64,000 nt of DNA from Eledone cirrhosa (GCA_964016885.1 OZ024756.1:3782001-3846000), one strand, 5' to 3'; positions 28,177 to 42,449 are shown, counted from the first letter of the stretch. Program-made: numbers and translations. Notes: generated by a model from the sequence alone, not told the origin.

Positions 28177-28729
28177 TTCTTCTATATATATATATAACGA
28201 AGGAAGTGTGGTAAGGAACCAGGTGGACCATAACTCACCAGAGTACTCGATACTTAGGGTAGTAGAGTGGGTAATAGGAAAAGAGTCAGGACCCCGAGTC
28301 CAGAAATAGCCGCCGAAACGTGTGTGTTTAAGGAGGTAGTGGTGGTGTCGGTACTATATTGAGTACTCTGGTGCGCTATGCTCCACCTGGTAGCGTACCA
28401 CACCCTCTTTGTGATATATGTATATATGAAATGACAGTTGATAATAACATTGAAATATTGAATGTCTGAATAACTAATACTTTGTAGATAGCAGCTGTTT
28501 TCAGGTTATGTAACTGTTATTGAAACACGTGTCAATAAATTCCTTTTAACCAAACTGTATCCATTTAAATCCTTCTATATATATATATATAGAGAGAGAC
28601 GTTAAACGATGATGATGTTTATGTGTGTTATATAAATATGATATGTATCTGGGTGTGTGTGTGTATATATATATGTATCTATACAATGATATTAAATAAA
28701 TGGAAACTATATTTATAAAACCATATTTA

Positions 28730-28789
28730 TTTTATTATATATATTTCAAGGGTACCAAGACAACATTGGTACGCTTTCATCAGATAAAA
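28730..28789 (-). ncRNA. Type I hammerhead ribozyme, family A
   Basis: Minus strand: ttttat-CTGATGA-aagcgtaccaa/ttggtaccctt-GAAA-tatata-TA-ataaaa. Confidence 0.75.
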
Positions 28790-29811
28790 TACAAAGTTTG
28801 TTTTATAAATAGAGACATACCCATGAAAATCATACCTTATCAGTTGGAAATTCACTGAATAGTGGAAATATATTAGGGATTATTCAAACTTATGTGTGAA
28901 TATGCAAATGAATATGTAAATAATTGAAAAACAACCGTTTATTTAAATGACACTGGCGAGAGAGAGAAGATATAAGGGGATACAGATAAAAAATAGTACG
29001 AGAGAGAGAAGAAATAAACAAGAGAGGATGAATAAAACTCTTATAACGTTAATTTTGGGGAAATATATTCTAAGTATATATCATAATAGTACGTGTATTT
29101 ACGATTATTAGTTGTTTAAAATTCGTTTCTAATATATTTTCTGTTATAAGTAGATAAATAAATAAATAGATGGGTATATCATGTTATAGATAATTGTTTT
29201 AATGAGTTATGAGGGATATTGGTTTTGTATTTAATGTAAGTAAATATTAAGTTAAATTAAATTAAATTAACTGAGTTAATAAGAATATTCATATATTTTA
29301 AAATGGGAAGATACGGAAAAACTCCAGTTTAATTTATTTATTCGTGAGTATGAGACTATTTAGTCAAAATAAGTATATATATATAATATATATATGTGTG
29401 TGTGTGTGTGTGTGTTGCGCGCTCAACCATCGCTTATTCAAGGAATCTTTTGCAGAGCGGCAAAAGAAAAAAAGACAATAACAAAAAACAAAAGAAAACA
29501 AAACAGAGAAACATGTAAAACTACGCACACACTCACTAAAACACACACACATACACCCACTCATACTCACACAAACACACACACAGACACACAAAAGACA
29601 CCCACACTCACTCTCACACACACACCTACAATTGAAATATATAATATACAAAAGCTTACCGCCATTTGTTAACCATTTTAAAGATTACCAGCTGATCAAA
29701 TTGTAATTCCACGGTTTAATTAGGAACAGACTCCAAGTATGAAGAATCAGTATGGTATTTTAAATATTATATCTATATTTATCTATTATTCTCTTTGTCT
29801 TGTGTGTATCT

Positions 29812-29862
<51 letters not shown>

Positions 29863-30068
29863 AAAAGAATCAGGACCCCGACGGCTGAGCTCCGGCCGTT
29901 TCGACCGCTAGGGGTCCTGACTCTTTTCCTATAACCCACTCTGCTACCTAAGTATCGAGTACTCTGGTGTGTTATGGTCCATGTGGTTCCGTACCACTCT
30001 TCCTTTGTTATATTTATATATATAAAAATGGCCTAGACATTACAATACATTAGGTGGGAACATAATAG

Positions 30069-30112
30069 TACCACTGATGATGTTGCAGATGTGCAACGAA
30101 AGAACTTTGATA
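30069..30112 (+). ncRNA. Type I hammerhead ribozyme, family B (one stem I mismatch)
   Basis: tacca-CTGATGA-t-gttgca-gatg-tgcaac-GAAA-gaac-TT-tgata. Confidence 0.65.
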
Positions 30113-30116
30113 GACT

Positions 30117-30156
<40 letters not shown>

Positions 30157-30334
30157 CTGTATTTTTAACCGTTGGTCAATCAATAATAACAATTGATAGC
30201 CAGATAAATTAACTATGGAGGTATAAAAGATACAGAAGCGAAAACCAACCAAACAGTGAATGTGTTCTGTTATTATTTCTGGCAATATTATATATTATTA
30301 CAACAATATGACCCTCCCCATATATATATATAAG

Positions 30335-30385
30335 AGCTTCTACAGGACTAGAACTGTTTCATTCGTGAGAAATCATCAGGAAGCT
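30335..30385 (-). ncRNA. Type I hammerhead ribozyme
   Basis: Minus strand: agcttc-CTGATGA-tttc-tcac-gaat-GAAA-cag-ttctagtc-ctg-TA-gaagct. Confidence 0.8.
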
Positions 30386-30480
30386 TCTATACCCACTCTA
30401 CACCTACCCAAGTATCAAGTACTCGCTTAATTAGTGATCTCCTTGGTCTCACCACCGCAAACTCTCTCTTTCTCTCTCTT

Positions 30481-30515
<35 letters not shown>

Positions 30516-31049
30516 GTGTCTGTATGTCTGTCTGTATGTCTGTCTCTCTATTTATGCACACATACATACATAAATACAAAAAGAAAAATGCGCTTGCAGC
30601 TGAAGTACACGATAAAGATATATCTGTAGAAATACAGAGTGGGTAACCGAGACTGCATACATATATATATATATATACACACGCATGCGCGCGCATACAT
30701 ACAAACACATCAAATTACATGGAATACATTTAACAAATGACTGAAGAAGCCAACATTTATAATTTGGAGGATAAACAATATTTTTCATAAAGCAGGGTTT
30801 AAAACAAGTTCGATAGATAGTTGAGAGATAATTTCACTTAATTATATATTAACTAAAAGTTGATGCAATAAGTATTGAGGTCGATATGATCGATTAAATG
30901 TCCTAAAGACGCTGACCCAACATGGCGGCAATCTAATTGAAAGCAGAAGACATGAGGTACGAATTAGTTCTTTATCAAACGTAATTATATAATATTTTAT
31001 GGAACCACATAACTATCGTGTCACTAACCCTACTTCTTCCACGTTTTGG

Positions 31050-31533
31050 CCCTTTAGCATTTAAACTGGCCTTATCAGGCCAGAATTCTCTCACTTCTTT
31101 CTGTTCAAACCGGCCATATCAGGCCAGAATTCTCTCACTTCTTTCTGTTCAAACCGGCTATAATCGGCTGCTCATACTTATGTTAAGACATTGATCTCAA
31201 AATAAATATCAAAATCTCATAGATTCGATATTATATGCGTTACTTATGTGAAATAATGTGTTTACCGTGAAAATACAATTGTAAATATAGAATAATTTAA
31301 ATAATAAAGGGTTAACCCTTTAGCATTTAAACCAGCCATATCCGGCCAGAATTATTTCACCTTTTTCTGTTCAAACCGGCCATAACCAGCTGCTCATGCT
31401 TATATTAAGGTATTGTTCTCAAAATATATAATATCAAAATCTCATAGATTCGATATTATATGATATTATGTGAAATAAAGTGTTTACCGTGAAAATACAA
31501 TCCGAAATATAAAGTAATTTAAATACTAAAGAG
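31050..31533. mobile_element. Tandem pair of piggyBac-type MITEs sharing a central TTAA (31312-31315)
   Basis: TIRs CCCTTTAGCATTTAAA...TTTAAATACTAAAGAG/GG; TTAA at 31312 and 31534. Confidence 0.75.
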
Positions 31534-31769
31534 TTAAAGTCTGTCTACAGAAGAGGTTTACGCTGTCACCATAAACGTGTAACTAGTGTAATTTCCGTTA
31601 TTATATATTGGATATTTTCATATCTCATATTTCAATCTTCTAGAACGACATCCAGTCTGTGACTCCCACATTTAACATTTTAGTTTATTTAAGGAGCAAA
31701 GTTATGTGTTTATTCTGAAAGAGGTCTTATAAATGTTTCGTATAAAATTTAACAACGTCCGTTTAAAAC

Positions 31770-32156
31770 TGTGTGTGTAGGTGTGTGTGTCAGTGTGTCT
31801 GTCTGTCTGTCAGTGTGTATGTATGTCTGTCTGTCAGTGTGTAGGTGTGTGTCTATATGTCAGTGCGTGTGTGTGTCTGTCAGTGTAGGTGTGTGTCTGT
31901 CTGTCTGTCAGTGTGTGTGTCTATCTGTCTGTCAGTGTGTAGGTGTATGTCTGTCTGTCTGTATGTCAGGGTGTAGGTGTGTGTGTCTGTCTGCCAGTGT
32001 GTGTGTATGTCTGTCTGTCAGTGTGTAGGTGTGTGTGTCTGTCTGTCTGTGTAGGTGTGTGTCTGTCTGTCTGTCTGTCAGTGTGTGTGTCTGTCTGTCT
32101 GTCAGTGTGTAGGTGTGTGTGTGTCTGTCTGTCTGTCTGTGTGTAGGTGTGTGTGT
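31770..32156. repeat. (TG)n/(TGTC)n compound microsatellite
   Basis: Direct reading. Confidence 0.9.
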
Positions 32157-32257
32157 TTATAATATACAGTGTGGACCGTAAATCGCACCCCAAAGCATTA
32201 AAAACAATTTTGTATAAATGTAATCAGTTCTTTATTAATACAATTATTACGTTAAGA

Positions 32258-32442
32258 GCGGTGGATTGGCAGTATCGGTAGAGGGTCGGACGCCAGGCTT
32301 TGACGCATAGAGTTACGGCCCTTTCCACTCTGAGTTCAAATCCCGCCGAGGTTAACTTTGCCTTTCATCCTTACGGAGTCGATAAAATAAAGTACCAGTA
32401 ATACACTGGGTAATTTCTGGCCTTGTGCCAAAACTAGAAACC
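32258..32442 (+). mobile_element. tRNA-SINE family 1 with 15-bp TSD
   Basis: ATTATTACGTTAAGA at 32243-32257 and 32443-32457. Confidence 0.92.
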
Positions 32443-32584
32443 ATTATTACGTTAAGAAGTTTAAATGCAGCGATGCGTGATTTAAGGGCCACCCTCTTTA
32501 ATATACCATGAAAAAGGTAATGTTTCCTTATTCATATATCGACAGCCATACATGGAAGAAGAATTATATAAAATGGTTTCTGAT

Positions 32585-32775
32585 TTAGGCAGAGGCCAAC
32601 AATTTTCGGGGAGGGGAAAGTCGATTAAATCGACCCCTGGGTATTGCTGATACTGTATTTTATCGACTCCGTAAGGAGGAAAGGCAAAGCTTACCCCGGC
32701 GGAATTTGACCTCGGAACGTAAAGGGTCGCAACTCTATGCCCCCAAGCACGTTGTTGGAAGCTCTACCGATTCTG
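32585..32775 (-). mobile_element. tRNA-SINE family 1, long-tail variant
   Basis: GTCGATTAAATCGACCCC...TTTATCGACTCCGTAAGG...GGAATTTGACCTC. Confidence 0.8.
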
Positions 32776-33413
32776 ATATATAATATCTATGGACTATGAG
32801 AGAAACAAATTTATATCAAGATCGAATTAAGGGATTATAATATACAACTGCCGTCTTGTAGGTCTCCAATTAAGATGTCATAACATACGTTATGCGGCTT
32901 AAGGATTGATAGGCTGACCAAGATACTCTCATGGAATGACCAAATGAAGTTTATTTTTCAACGTGGTCCTTGGGAAAAAAAAACAATGCAGTTATTAATA
33001 AGAAGCGCTGAAATTAATACATGCAATATTTCACAACTCTAGCATCACTCCTTCATAGGCTGACCAAGATACTCTCATGGAATGACCAAATGAGGTTTAT
33101 TTTTCAACATAGCCTGTTATATACACAAAGATGGCTACCTTGACAAGATACTTTCTTGAAGATTTTAGAAATTTCAGGAGTTTTCTAAGGGCAGGTAATC
33201 TCGAATTTAGCTATATATATAGACAAAACCTTTGGATAATGTAAAGGGAGGTAAGTATAAATAACTCACTGCTGTAACTAATTATACTTAACTCGTCCTA
33301 TGGACTGAGTGCTCTTACCGTTGGATATTTTTACCAGAATTTGTACTACTACAGTTATATATATATATATTATTCTTTTATTATTTTACCTGTTCCAGCC
33401 ATTCGGCTGATCG

Positions 33414-33513
33414 TGGGGTTAAGAACCCTCGGAGAAATGGAAAAAGATGAGTATTGACGTACATGTACGTCAATACTCATCTTTTTCCAGTTCTTCGAGG
33501 GTTCTTAACCCCA
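33414..33513. repeat. 100-bp spacerless palindrome
   Basis: Centre TTGACGTACA|TGTACGTCAA. Confidence 0.95.
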
Positions 33514-33566
33514 TTATCAGGCTAAATAATTTCTTTAGTCAAAATACGGCGATAGCTTATATTTCT

Positions 33567-33614
<48 letters not shown>

Positions 33615-33619
<5 letters not shown>

Positions 33620-33933
33620 GTTTATAGTTGTCAGGCCAAGACAATGCAGGTATGGATATAGAATATAAATGCAAAAGATATGGTTGATAATTAGTCCTTT
33701 ACCTTAAATTTATTTAAATATCCTTAATTTTCGAGATAATATCTCTACTTCCCTCCGAATAAGATATATTATCTCGAAAATTAAGGATATTTAAATAAAT
33801 TTAAGGTAAAGGACTAACTATCAACCATATATTTTGCACTTATATTCTATATCCATACCTGCATTGTCTTGGCCTTACAACTACATACGTTTATACCTCA
33901 TTACACAATGCTTCAAGTGAACTACAACTTCCT

Positions 33934-33936
<3 letters not shown>
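33615..33936. repeat. Fold-back element between (TA)n tracts; same family at 45420-45856
   Basis: Inverted arms plus shared unpaired tail CCTCATT.CACA.TGCTTCAAGTGAACTA.AACTTCCTC. Confidence 0.9.
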
Positions 33937-33987
<51 letters not shown>

Positions 33988-34754
33988 AGCTTCATGGCCG
34001 CCGTTTTCAGTTTGTTCGGCCTCTATAACGTATGTTAATTGCTCTGGCCTTCTTTTAGTCCATTGAGCGCTTGCCGCATATCTCGAAAATTGCGTTTCGC
34101 TTTGTTTTTGACCACTGCCGAAATACGATCTCGCTGAAATTATATATATATATATATATATGTATATATGTGTGTGTGTGTGTGTTAAATAGAGATTCAA
34201 AGAGCCACATTGGGACTGAACCCCCGTAGTACGTTATTTTCATGCTGTGACTGTTCCATCCTACTCGGATACAGCTGCTAGTTTATACATTTCCGCCATT
34301 CAGTCAAGCATTTTATTTTGCACCAACATTTCGACATGCTAGTTTGTGTAATTTTCATATTTCTAGGGTTTGAGTGTAGCTCTCTTTAATTTATGAGATA
34401 ATGAGAAACACACACATATACACATATAACAGTATAATTAGTTAATTATTTAATGAACTCAGAATGTTCATCCAAATGTAAACATTAAATTGGGACATAC
34501 GAAGCTGTATATATACACTCCAAACTCCTTCTGGAATGGTAGGGCACCGTTATGATATACGGTATGTTTTGGGACATCATAGACCTGGCTGAGCCAATCA
34601 TATCAGCCGGTCTTTCGCAGAGAAGAAGGAAGAGAACGATAGAGAAGTGAGAAAGAAATAAAGAGGAAGAATCGATCCAAATACTGAACGGGTATTTTTT
34701 TTTATTTTTTTTTTATTTTTTTATTTTATTTTATTTTATTTTATTTTATTTTAT

Positions 34755-34880
34755 TTTTATCTCGAAAGATTGAAAGACAAAGTTGACCTCGGAAGATTTG
34801 AAATCAGGGCTGAGATGGCCAGAACGAATAACACGAATGATTTAATCTGATGATCCAACGATTCTGCCAATTTACCACCT
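34755..34880 (-). mobile_element. Old tRNA-SINE family 1 variant
   Basis: GAAAGACAAAGTTGACCTCGGAAGATTTGAAATCAG...CGATTCTGCCAATTTACCACC. Confidence 0.65.
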
Positions 34881-34914
34881 TACATACATAAATGTTAATA
34901 TATAAACTTTAAAG

Positions 34915-35197
34915 AAGGCACGGGCAACCTTTTTCGAGGAGCGGGCCGCATGAGATATGGCTTATTATCAGGCGGGTCGCAAGCGCTAATTTACATTCGT
35001 GTCCGAATTAAACAAAAAGGGTGGTAACTCAGGTTGTTTTGATTTGTTTCTTCAGAATTCGTACACGTTGTTTTCCTCGATCGTAAAAATGATAAATTAC
35101 GACTGAAAAGTTGGGGTAAAAAATCAGAAAGATTTCACTTAGCTGACTTAGGTGAGCCATTCAGAAAGTTTCGCGGGTCGGAGGTTGCCCATGACTG
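34915..35197. mobile_element. hAT (Charlie-like) MITE
   Basis: TIRs AGGCACGGGCAACCT / AGGTTGCCCATGACTG; 8-bp TSD-like CTTTAAAG / GTATAAAG. Confidence 0.7.
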
Positions 35198-35424
35198 GTA
35201 TAAAGAGACAGCAAGGAGATCAAAATATTCAGTAGATGATCACACAGTATGACCTGCTAAGTGCAAAAAAAAAAAGCTATTCAAAATTTCAAGTATTTAT
35301 GAACAGAACTGGGAACATGTATACACTTAGTTTTATTTACTAGTTATACTATCATGGAACATGTATTGTAAAATTAGTTAATCTATTCAATTATCATCAA
35401 AAGTAAACCATTATTTAACTCATG

Positions 35425-35616
35425 GTTGGGGGTAGATTGGCAGTATCGGTTGTGTCGGACATCATGCATTACGTCCTTTTACGTTCTGAGTTCAAATCCC
35501 GCCAAGGTTAGATTTGCCTTTCATCGTTACGGGGTCGATAACATAAAGTACCAGTAACGCACTAGGGTCGATTTAACCCCCAAAAAAAAAATTTGCTGGC
35601 CTTGTGCCTAAATCAG
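35425..35616 (+). mobile_element. tRNA-SINE family 1 with ~20-bp TSD
   Basis: AAACCATTATTTAAC(T/G)CATG at 35405 and 35617. Confidence 0.88.
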
Positions 35617-36059
35617 AAACCATTATTTAACGCATGAAAAATCTTATTAGCATGATATATTATTTTTAAATGATGAAAGGAAGTTTCCCAATAAAGATTG
35701 ATATCACAATGATAAACACCTCTTGAGTACCTTTACTTGAAATTCCCTTGTTGCTACGTTAAATGAATTAGCAGACAAACAAGCCTATCTAATTCCCTAA
35801 CAGACCTGAAGTAAAGCTTCTAATATGCACCACAACACTGCCACAGCGTTAACAAAACACTAACAACAATTACACCAACGATATTCACAAAGGAACTGCA
35901 AACTCTAACAAATCTGAAAACATTCATTTACAAAAGGAAGTTCTACAGGAGTCAATTCTCCACCCATCTCATGTTTCCATGTCGAGTCTGTACTCTAGCC
36001 GCACAGTTCTAGACAAAAAAGGCCAATTATATTTAAAACTGGAGCAAAACTTAGTGCAG

Positions 36060-36545
36060 AATGTATTCATGTCAATGATTTTGTTCCTCCCTAGGTTAGC
36101 TCTAACGGGTAAACCTTCATCAAGAGAAGACCCAGGCGTAACCACAGCAATTTTGAGTAATTAATTAATTGTTTCTACTTTTGGCACAAGGCCAGCAATT
36201 ATCCCAGTGTATTACTGGTACTTTATTTTATCGACCCCGTAAGGATGAAAGCAAAGTTAACCTCGGAGGGATTTGAACTCAGTCCGTAAAGGGACGTAAC
36301 TGTGCTGCAAAGCATGGCGTCTGACCCTCTACCGATACTGCCAATCCCAATGGTATTGATTTTGTTTCTCCCTAGGTTAGCCCAAACGGGTAAACCTACA
36401 TCAAGAGACGACCCAGCCGTAACCACAACAATTTTGAGTAATTAATGGTATTGATTTTGTTTTCTCCCTAGGTTAGCCCCAACGGGTAAACCTACTTCAA
36501 GAGATGACCCAGTCGTAACCACAACAATTTTGATTAATTAATGGT
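36060..36545. repeat. Three ~95-bp tandem units with a family 1 SINE (minus, 36164-36348) inserted after the first
   Basis: GATTTTGTTTCTCCCTAGGTTAGC...GTAACCACAACAATTTTGAGTAATTA repeated. Confidence 0.85.
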
Positions 36546-36659
36546 AATGAATTGTGATTGAGATATGAGATCGATATGTTTAGCAGTTCATGAGGCTATA
36601 TAGAGGTTCTCCCGATGGCTCGAATATATTCATATATTTTATGTAGTTAAATATAGAAG

Positions 36660-37145
36660 AAATAGAGAATACGATCGCGAATGCAAGCGGCCGAAATGGG
36701 GTTCATCCGAAGTGTCTTTGGAGTGACGTTACTCGATAGTGTGTGTAGTCCGGAGGTCAGAGAATCTCTCCAGGCAGAGCCGCTACTTCTCCGATACTAT
36801 GGGCATGGGGTTAGAATGTCTCAGGAAAGATTCGCTGGTCACGCTCGGGGATCCAGCCGGATCAATTGAAGAGGTTGCGTGCGACAGGACCCATTGGAGG
36901 GAGTGTTTGAGGACTCTGCCCCCACGACCCTGTCAGGAGTAAGTGGGGGAAGAAAGAATATTAAAGGGATTTAGTAATATAAGGCGACCCATTATTAGAG
37001 CCATCCCGAGCACGATTGTTAGTTAACATCCACGAGCTCGGCTGGTTTCGGTTGGAGGTGGTTGCTTCTGACAGGACCAACTGGAAGGAGTGTCTGAGGA
37101 CTCCGTACCCACGAATCTATCAGGAATAAGTGGGTGAAGAAGATA
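36660..37145 (+). mobile_element. RTE-clade LINE 3' fragments (36660-36955 and 37030-37145)
   Basis: MQAAEMGFIRSVFGVTLLD...VRESLQAEPLLLR..YGH.VRM; shared 3' end CAGGAATAAGTGGG..GAAGA. Confidence 0.75.
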
Positions 37146-37746
37146 TATAGAAGCAGAAGTGAAGGATATATGGATGAAGATCCTAACTTAGGAGTAGAGA
37201 GAAATTATATAATCTGCAACATCTGTCCTATGAAATATGTGTTCCTTTAAATATTCATATGGATTATTCACCAGTATGATGCAGCTGACACACAATTTCT
37301 ATCCTGAATCCATACAACAGTTTAATGTTCTGAAGAGGACATGATACAAGATATACCGAAATTCAAAAATCCGCTAATTATGTCGTCAATTAACACACTA
37401 AACATTAATTAAATTTTCTTTAAATTAACATTTTTCTTACAGTTAATTAATTCGCTCTCGAAGTGTGTGTACACACACACATAAATCCTAGTGGAGTCAT
37501 AAGGACGCCTTCGTAATATATAGCCTGTACTGGGCCTTAAAACTGGTGGAATCCAGCCTCTCTCTAGAATATCCTTGCCGGCACATAAACATAACAAGTG
37601 TGTGTGTTAGAGAGAGACTACAGTTGCAGGTGGTTCGACAGCCCAGGTACTCGGCGCTGTTCGATATTGAAACGATTGTAATATGACAAAAGTTTATTTC
37701 TCTCTCTCTCTGTCTCTCTCTCTGTCTCTCTCTCTCTCTCTGTCTC

Positions 37747-37781
<35 letters not shown>

Positions 37782-37782
37782 A

Positions 37783-38000
37783 TTGGTTAGAGCATTGAAC
37801 TTGCAATTGAGAGGTTGTGAGTTCGATTATCGGACCAGGTGATGTGTTGTGTCCTTGAACAAGACACTTTATTTCACGTTGTTCCAGTTTACTCAGCTGT
37901 AGACATGAGTTGTGACGTCACTGGTGCCAAGCTGTATCGGCCATTGCCTTTCCCTTGGACAACATGGGTGGCGTGGAGAGGGCAGGCTGGTATACATGGC
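37783..38000 (+). mobile_element. tRNA-SINE family 3; second copy 55398-55515
   Basis: GGTTAGAGCA...GAGTTCGATT...GTGTCCTTGAACAAGACACTTTATTTCACGTTG. Confidence 0.75.
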
Positions 38001-38714
38001 CTGTAAACTGTATTAAGTCCATTCAATTGTACCCGTAAGTCAAAGGGTTTTATTTCTCATACAATCTGTCTCTGAATCTCGCTGAGGACTACGTAAATGG
38101 AGTATTTTATACGAAATTATTAGTCACTTGTATGTTAATTATACGACCATACTGTTCAGTGGTTTAAACAACTGGACCAATCATCGTCGCAAGCGGTGCA
38201 AAACCTATAGAAAATGTACACTTTGTTGACGGGGCCAAGCTATATCTCAGGTGATAAACATCTCAACAAATCAACGCCCGATAAAACAATGTAATGTGTC
38301 ATTCTATTCCATGAGAAGATAACTCTTCATTCACTCATCATTTTTTAAATTTATGTCTTATTCTTTTTCTTGTTTTTGGACGGAGGAGTTGGAAGCTTAT
38401 CAGTTAAGAAACAAGCTGTTATTGAGATCGGGGGTTAGGGTTATATAAACCAGGTTGGCATTTTGAGAGGGTTACATGTCCCATGTCCAGCTTACTCTAT
38501 TCGAGTGAAGACATACTAGCAACATGTTTGGCATCTGTGTAAGCTCCTAGAGGCTGAGATGCTGACAATAGAAGGGTAGTTTATGTGATGATAGGTGATG
38601 GGTTCATATTTGACATGAGATATGAGATATTAAACCTGTACTTGTATAGACCTGTACTTGTATCTCTCCAGATCTAGTTTTCACTTCAGTTTCTCTCACA
38701 GTTCATTTTTCTCG

Positions 38715-38834
38715 GCATGCTTGAGTGTGGTACGTACACACACACTCACACACACACTCATACACACATGCTTGAGTGTAGACACACACACACACACACA
38801 CACATGATTGAGTGTACACACACACACACACACA

Positions 38835-38875
<41 letters not shown>

Positions 38876-38883
38876 CTTGAGTG

Positions 38884-38922
<39 letters not shown>

Positions 38923-39860
38923 TTTTGAGTGTGTAGACACACACACACATGCTTGAGTGTGTAGACACACACACACACACACATGCTTCAGTGTGTAGAC
39001 ACATACACCACAGACAACACACACATGAGTGTGTAGACATACACACACAGCACACCAACCATACGCACACCATACCACACACCACACACTCATTGTGCGT
39101 GAGTGTATGTATATATATACGTAACCGTTTGTGAGAATGTATATATGTATGTGTGTATATATGTATGTGTGTATATATGTATGTGTGTATATATATGTGT
39201 GTATATATATGTGTGTATATATATATGTGTGTATATATATATGTGTGTATATATATATGTGTGTATATATATATGTGTGTATATATATATGTGTGTATAT
39301 ATATATGTGTGTATATATATATGTGTGTATATATATATGTGTGTGTATATATATATATGTGTGTGTATATATGTGTGTGTATATATATGTGAGTATATAT
39401 ATGTGTGTGTGTATATATATATATATATGTGTGTATATATATATATGTGTGTGTGTATATATGTGTGTGTATATATATGTGTGTGTGTATATATATATAT
39501 ATATGTGTGTATATATATATATGTGTGTGTGTATATATGTGTGTGTGTACGTGTATATATATATATGTGTGTACGTGTATATATATGTGTGTATGTGTAT
39601 ATATATATGTATGTGTGTATATATATGTGTGTGTATGTGTATATATGTGTGTATGTGTATATATATATGTATGTGTATATATATATGTATGTATGTGTGT
39701 GTGTGTATATATATATATGTATGTATGTGTGTATGTATATATATATATGTGTGTGTATGTATATATATATAATGTATGTGTGTGTATGTATATATATATG
39801 TATGTGTGTATGTATATGTATGTGTGTGTGTATATGTGTGTGTATATGTATGTGTGTGTG

Positions 39861-39895
<35 letters not shown>

Positions 39896-41221
39896 GTATG
39901 TGTGTGTGTATGTGTATATATATATATATGTACGTGTGTATATGTGTGTGTATATATATATATGTGTGTATATGTGTGTGTATATGTGTGTGTATATATG
40001 TATGTATGTATGTGTATATGTGTGTATGTATGTGTATATATGTATGTATGTGTATGTATGTATGTATGTATGTGTATGTATGTATGTATGTATGTATGTG
40101 TATGTATGTATGTATGTATGTATGTATGTATGTATATATATGTATGTGTGTATGTATATATATATGTGTGTGTGTATGTATGTATGTATATATATATATA
40201 TGTATGTGTGTGTATGTATATATATATATATGTGTGTGCGTGTATATATGTATATATATATGTGCGTGTATATATACATGTATGTGTGTGTGTATATATG
40301 TAGGTATGTGTATCTACCTCTATACATACGATTCACGTCATTACACCGAAATGTTGATTGTGATATTTGAAATAAATGGTTTTCTCTCTCTCTCTCTCTC
40401 ACACACACCTACCTGGTGACACATTACTTATAGAAACATACATTGACACTGACACACACACACACTGACACACACACACTGACACACACCACACACACCA
40501 CACACACCACACACACACCACACACACCACACACACACCACACACAGCACACACACCATACCACACATAGCACACACACCACACCACACACACCACACAC
40601 CATACCACACACACCACACACCACATCACACACCATACCACACACCACACCACACATACCACGCACCACACCACACACACACCACACACACACACAACAC
40701 ACCACACACACCACACACCACACCACACACATACCACACACATACCACACCACACACACACACCACACATACACCACACCACACACACACACCACACATA
40801 CACCACATCACACCACACATACACCACACCACACTACACCACACCACACCACACCACACCACACATACACCACACCACACCACACACACCACACCACCAC
40901 ACACACACCACACACACCACACACACCACAAACACACCACACACACCACACCACACATACACCACACCACACCACACCACACCACCACACACCACCACAC
41001 ACATACCACACACACCACAAACACACCACAAACACACACGGTGTAGAAAGAATGCCCCAGCACTGAGATAAGCATTGATTTATTGTTACTTAAATGAGGA
41101 ACTTTTTAACGTGACACCGTCTGTCTCTCATCTTAACTATTCCTTTCTTTCTGTCTCTTTCGTACTCCCCACCATCTGTTGGTTATGTGTGAGTGCTCTC
41201 TCTCTCTCATTCTCTAATTCT

Positions 41222-41257
<36 letters not shown>

Positions 41258-41275
41258 CTCTCTCTCTCTCTCTCT

Positions 41276-41306
<31 letters not shown>

Positions 41307-41308
41307 AT

Positions 41309-41339
<31 letters not shown>

Positions 41340-41510
41340 CTCTATCATTCTCTCTCTATCATTCTCTCTCGATCATTCTCTCTCTATCATTCTCTCTCTT
41401 TCTCTTTCTTTCTCTCTTTCTTTCTATCTTTCTCTCTCTTTCTTTCTCTCATTCTCTCTCTCTCTCTATTTCTCTCATTCTCTCTCTCTCACTTTATATA
41501 TATATACATA
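38715..41510. repeat. Large compound microsatellite block (CA, TATG, CACAC, CT)
   Basis: Direct reading. Confidence 0.95.
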
Positions 41511-42126
41511 CAAATGGAAGTACAGCATAATCGAAGCTCTGGCTTCAGTTAAGCTAACGAATGCAATCGGAATGGTCAGATAAGTACTCAATAAGGTTAT
41601 TTTACCTTAGAGTAATAACATTACGTTTAGACAGCTTTGGAAATTGAAGATTGCGACCGGTAAACCGGCCGCAGGGACCAAAGCAACGAGAAAACCAACT
41701 CAGGATAATTTGACAAACCTGAACCATGGCGTCGATATTATGCAATATCTCCGATAGGTTTCCGTGAAATCGAAATCAACAAAATCCACTTGCTGGGTAT
41801 GCAAGTTATTGATTTTGGAAGATCGAACAGAGGTTTCACTTTCTCAACAGGTTTCCGTTCAATGCCGCTTGCGGGTGTGAGTTATAGCAGTAAGAAAGCT
41901 GGCGGTCACGTGGTTTTCCCAAAGGGAGGTAACCCCCGGTTGTTGGCGGTCGAAATTAAAATTTTGAACAAAGGAATAAATTCCTTTCCACAAACCGAAT
42001 AAACCTCTCGACCAGACGTTAAACAAACATAAATAATTAACCAATCAATAGAATTGTCTAATTAAATTAAATCAATTAATCATTAAGTCTAGGAGATAAT
42101 AATACAAATGGAAGTTCAGCATAATC
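41508..42126. repeat. ~594-bp element bounded by 25-bp direct repeats; inverted relative at 59640-59950
   Basis: ATACAAATGGAAGT(A/T)CAGCATAATC at both ends. Confidence 0.7.
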
Positions 42127-42188
42127 TCTCTCTCTCTCTCTCTCTCTCTCCCCTCTCCATCTCCCTCTCTCCATCTCTCTCTCTCTCC

Positions 42189-42315
<127 letters not shown>

Positions 42316-42449
42316 CCATACATACATACATATACTCACATATAAGTTTCATTCACTTAACAAGTATGCGAGACCTTCGGTTTCAGGGTCCAGTTATGGC
42401 CCAACTGTATAGTGAGGGAGCCGATCTAAGACTGGACCCATTCGTCAGA

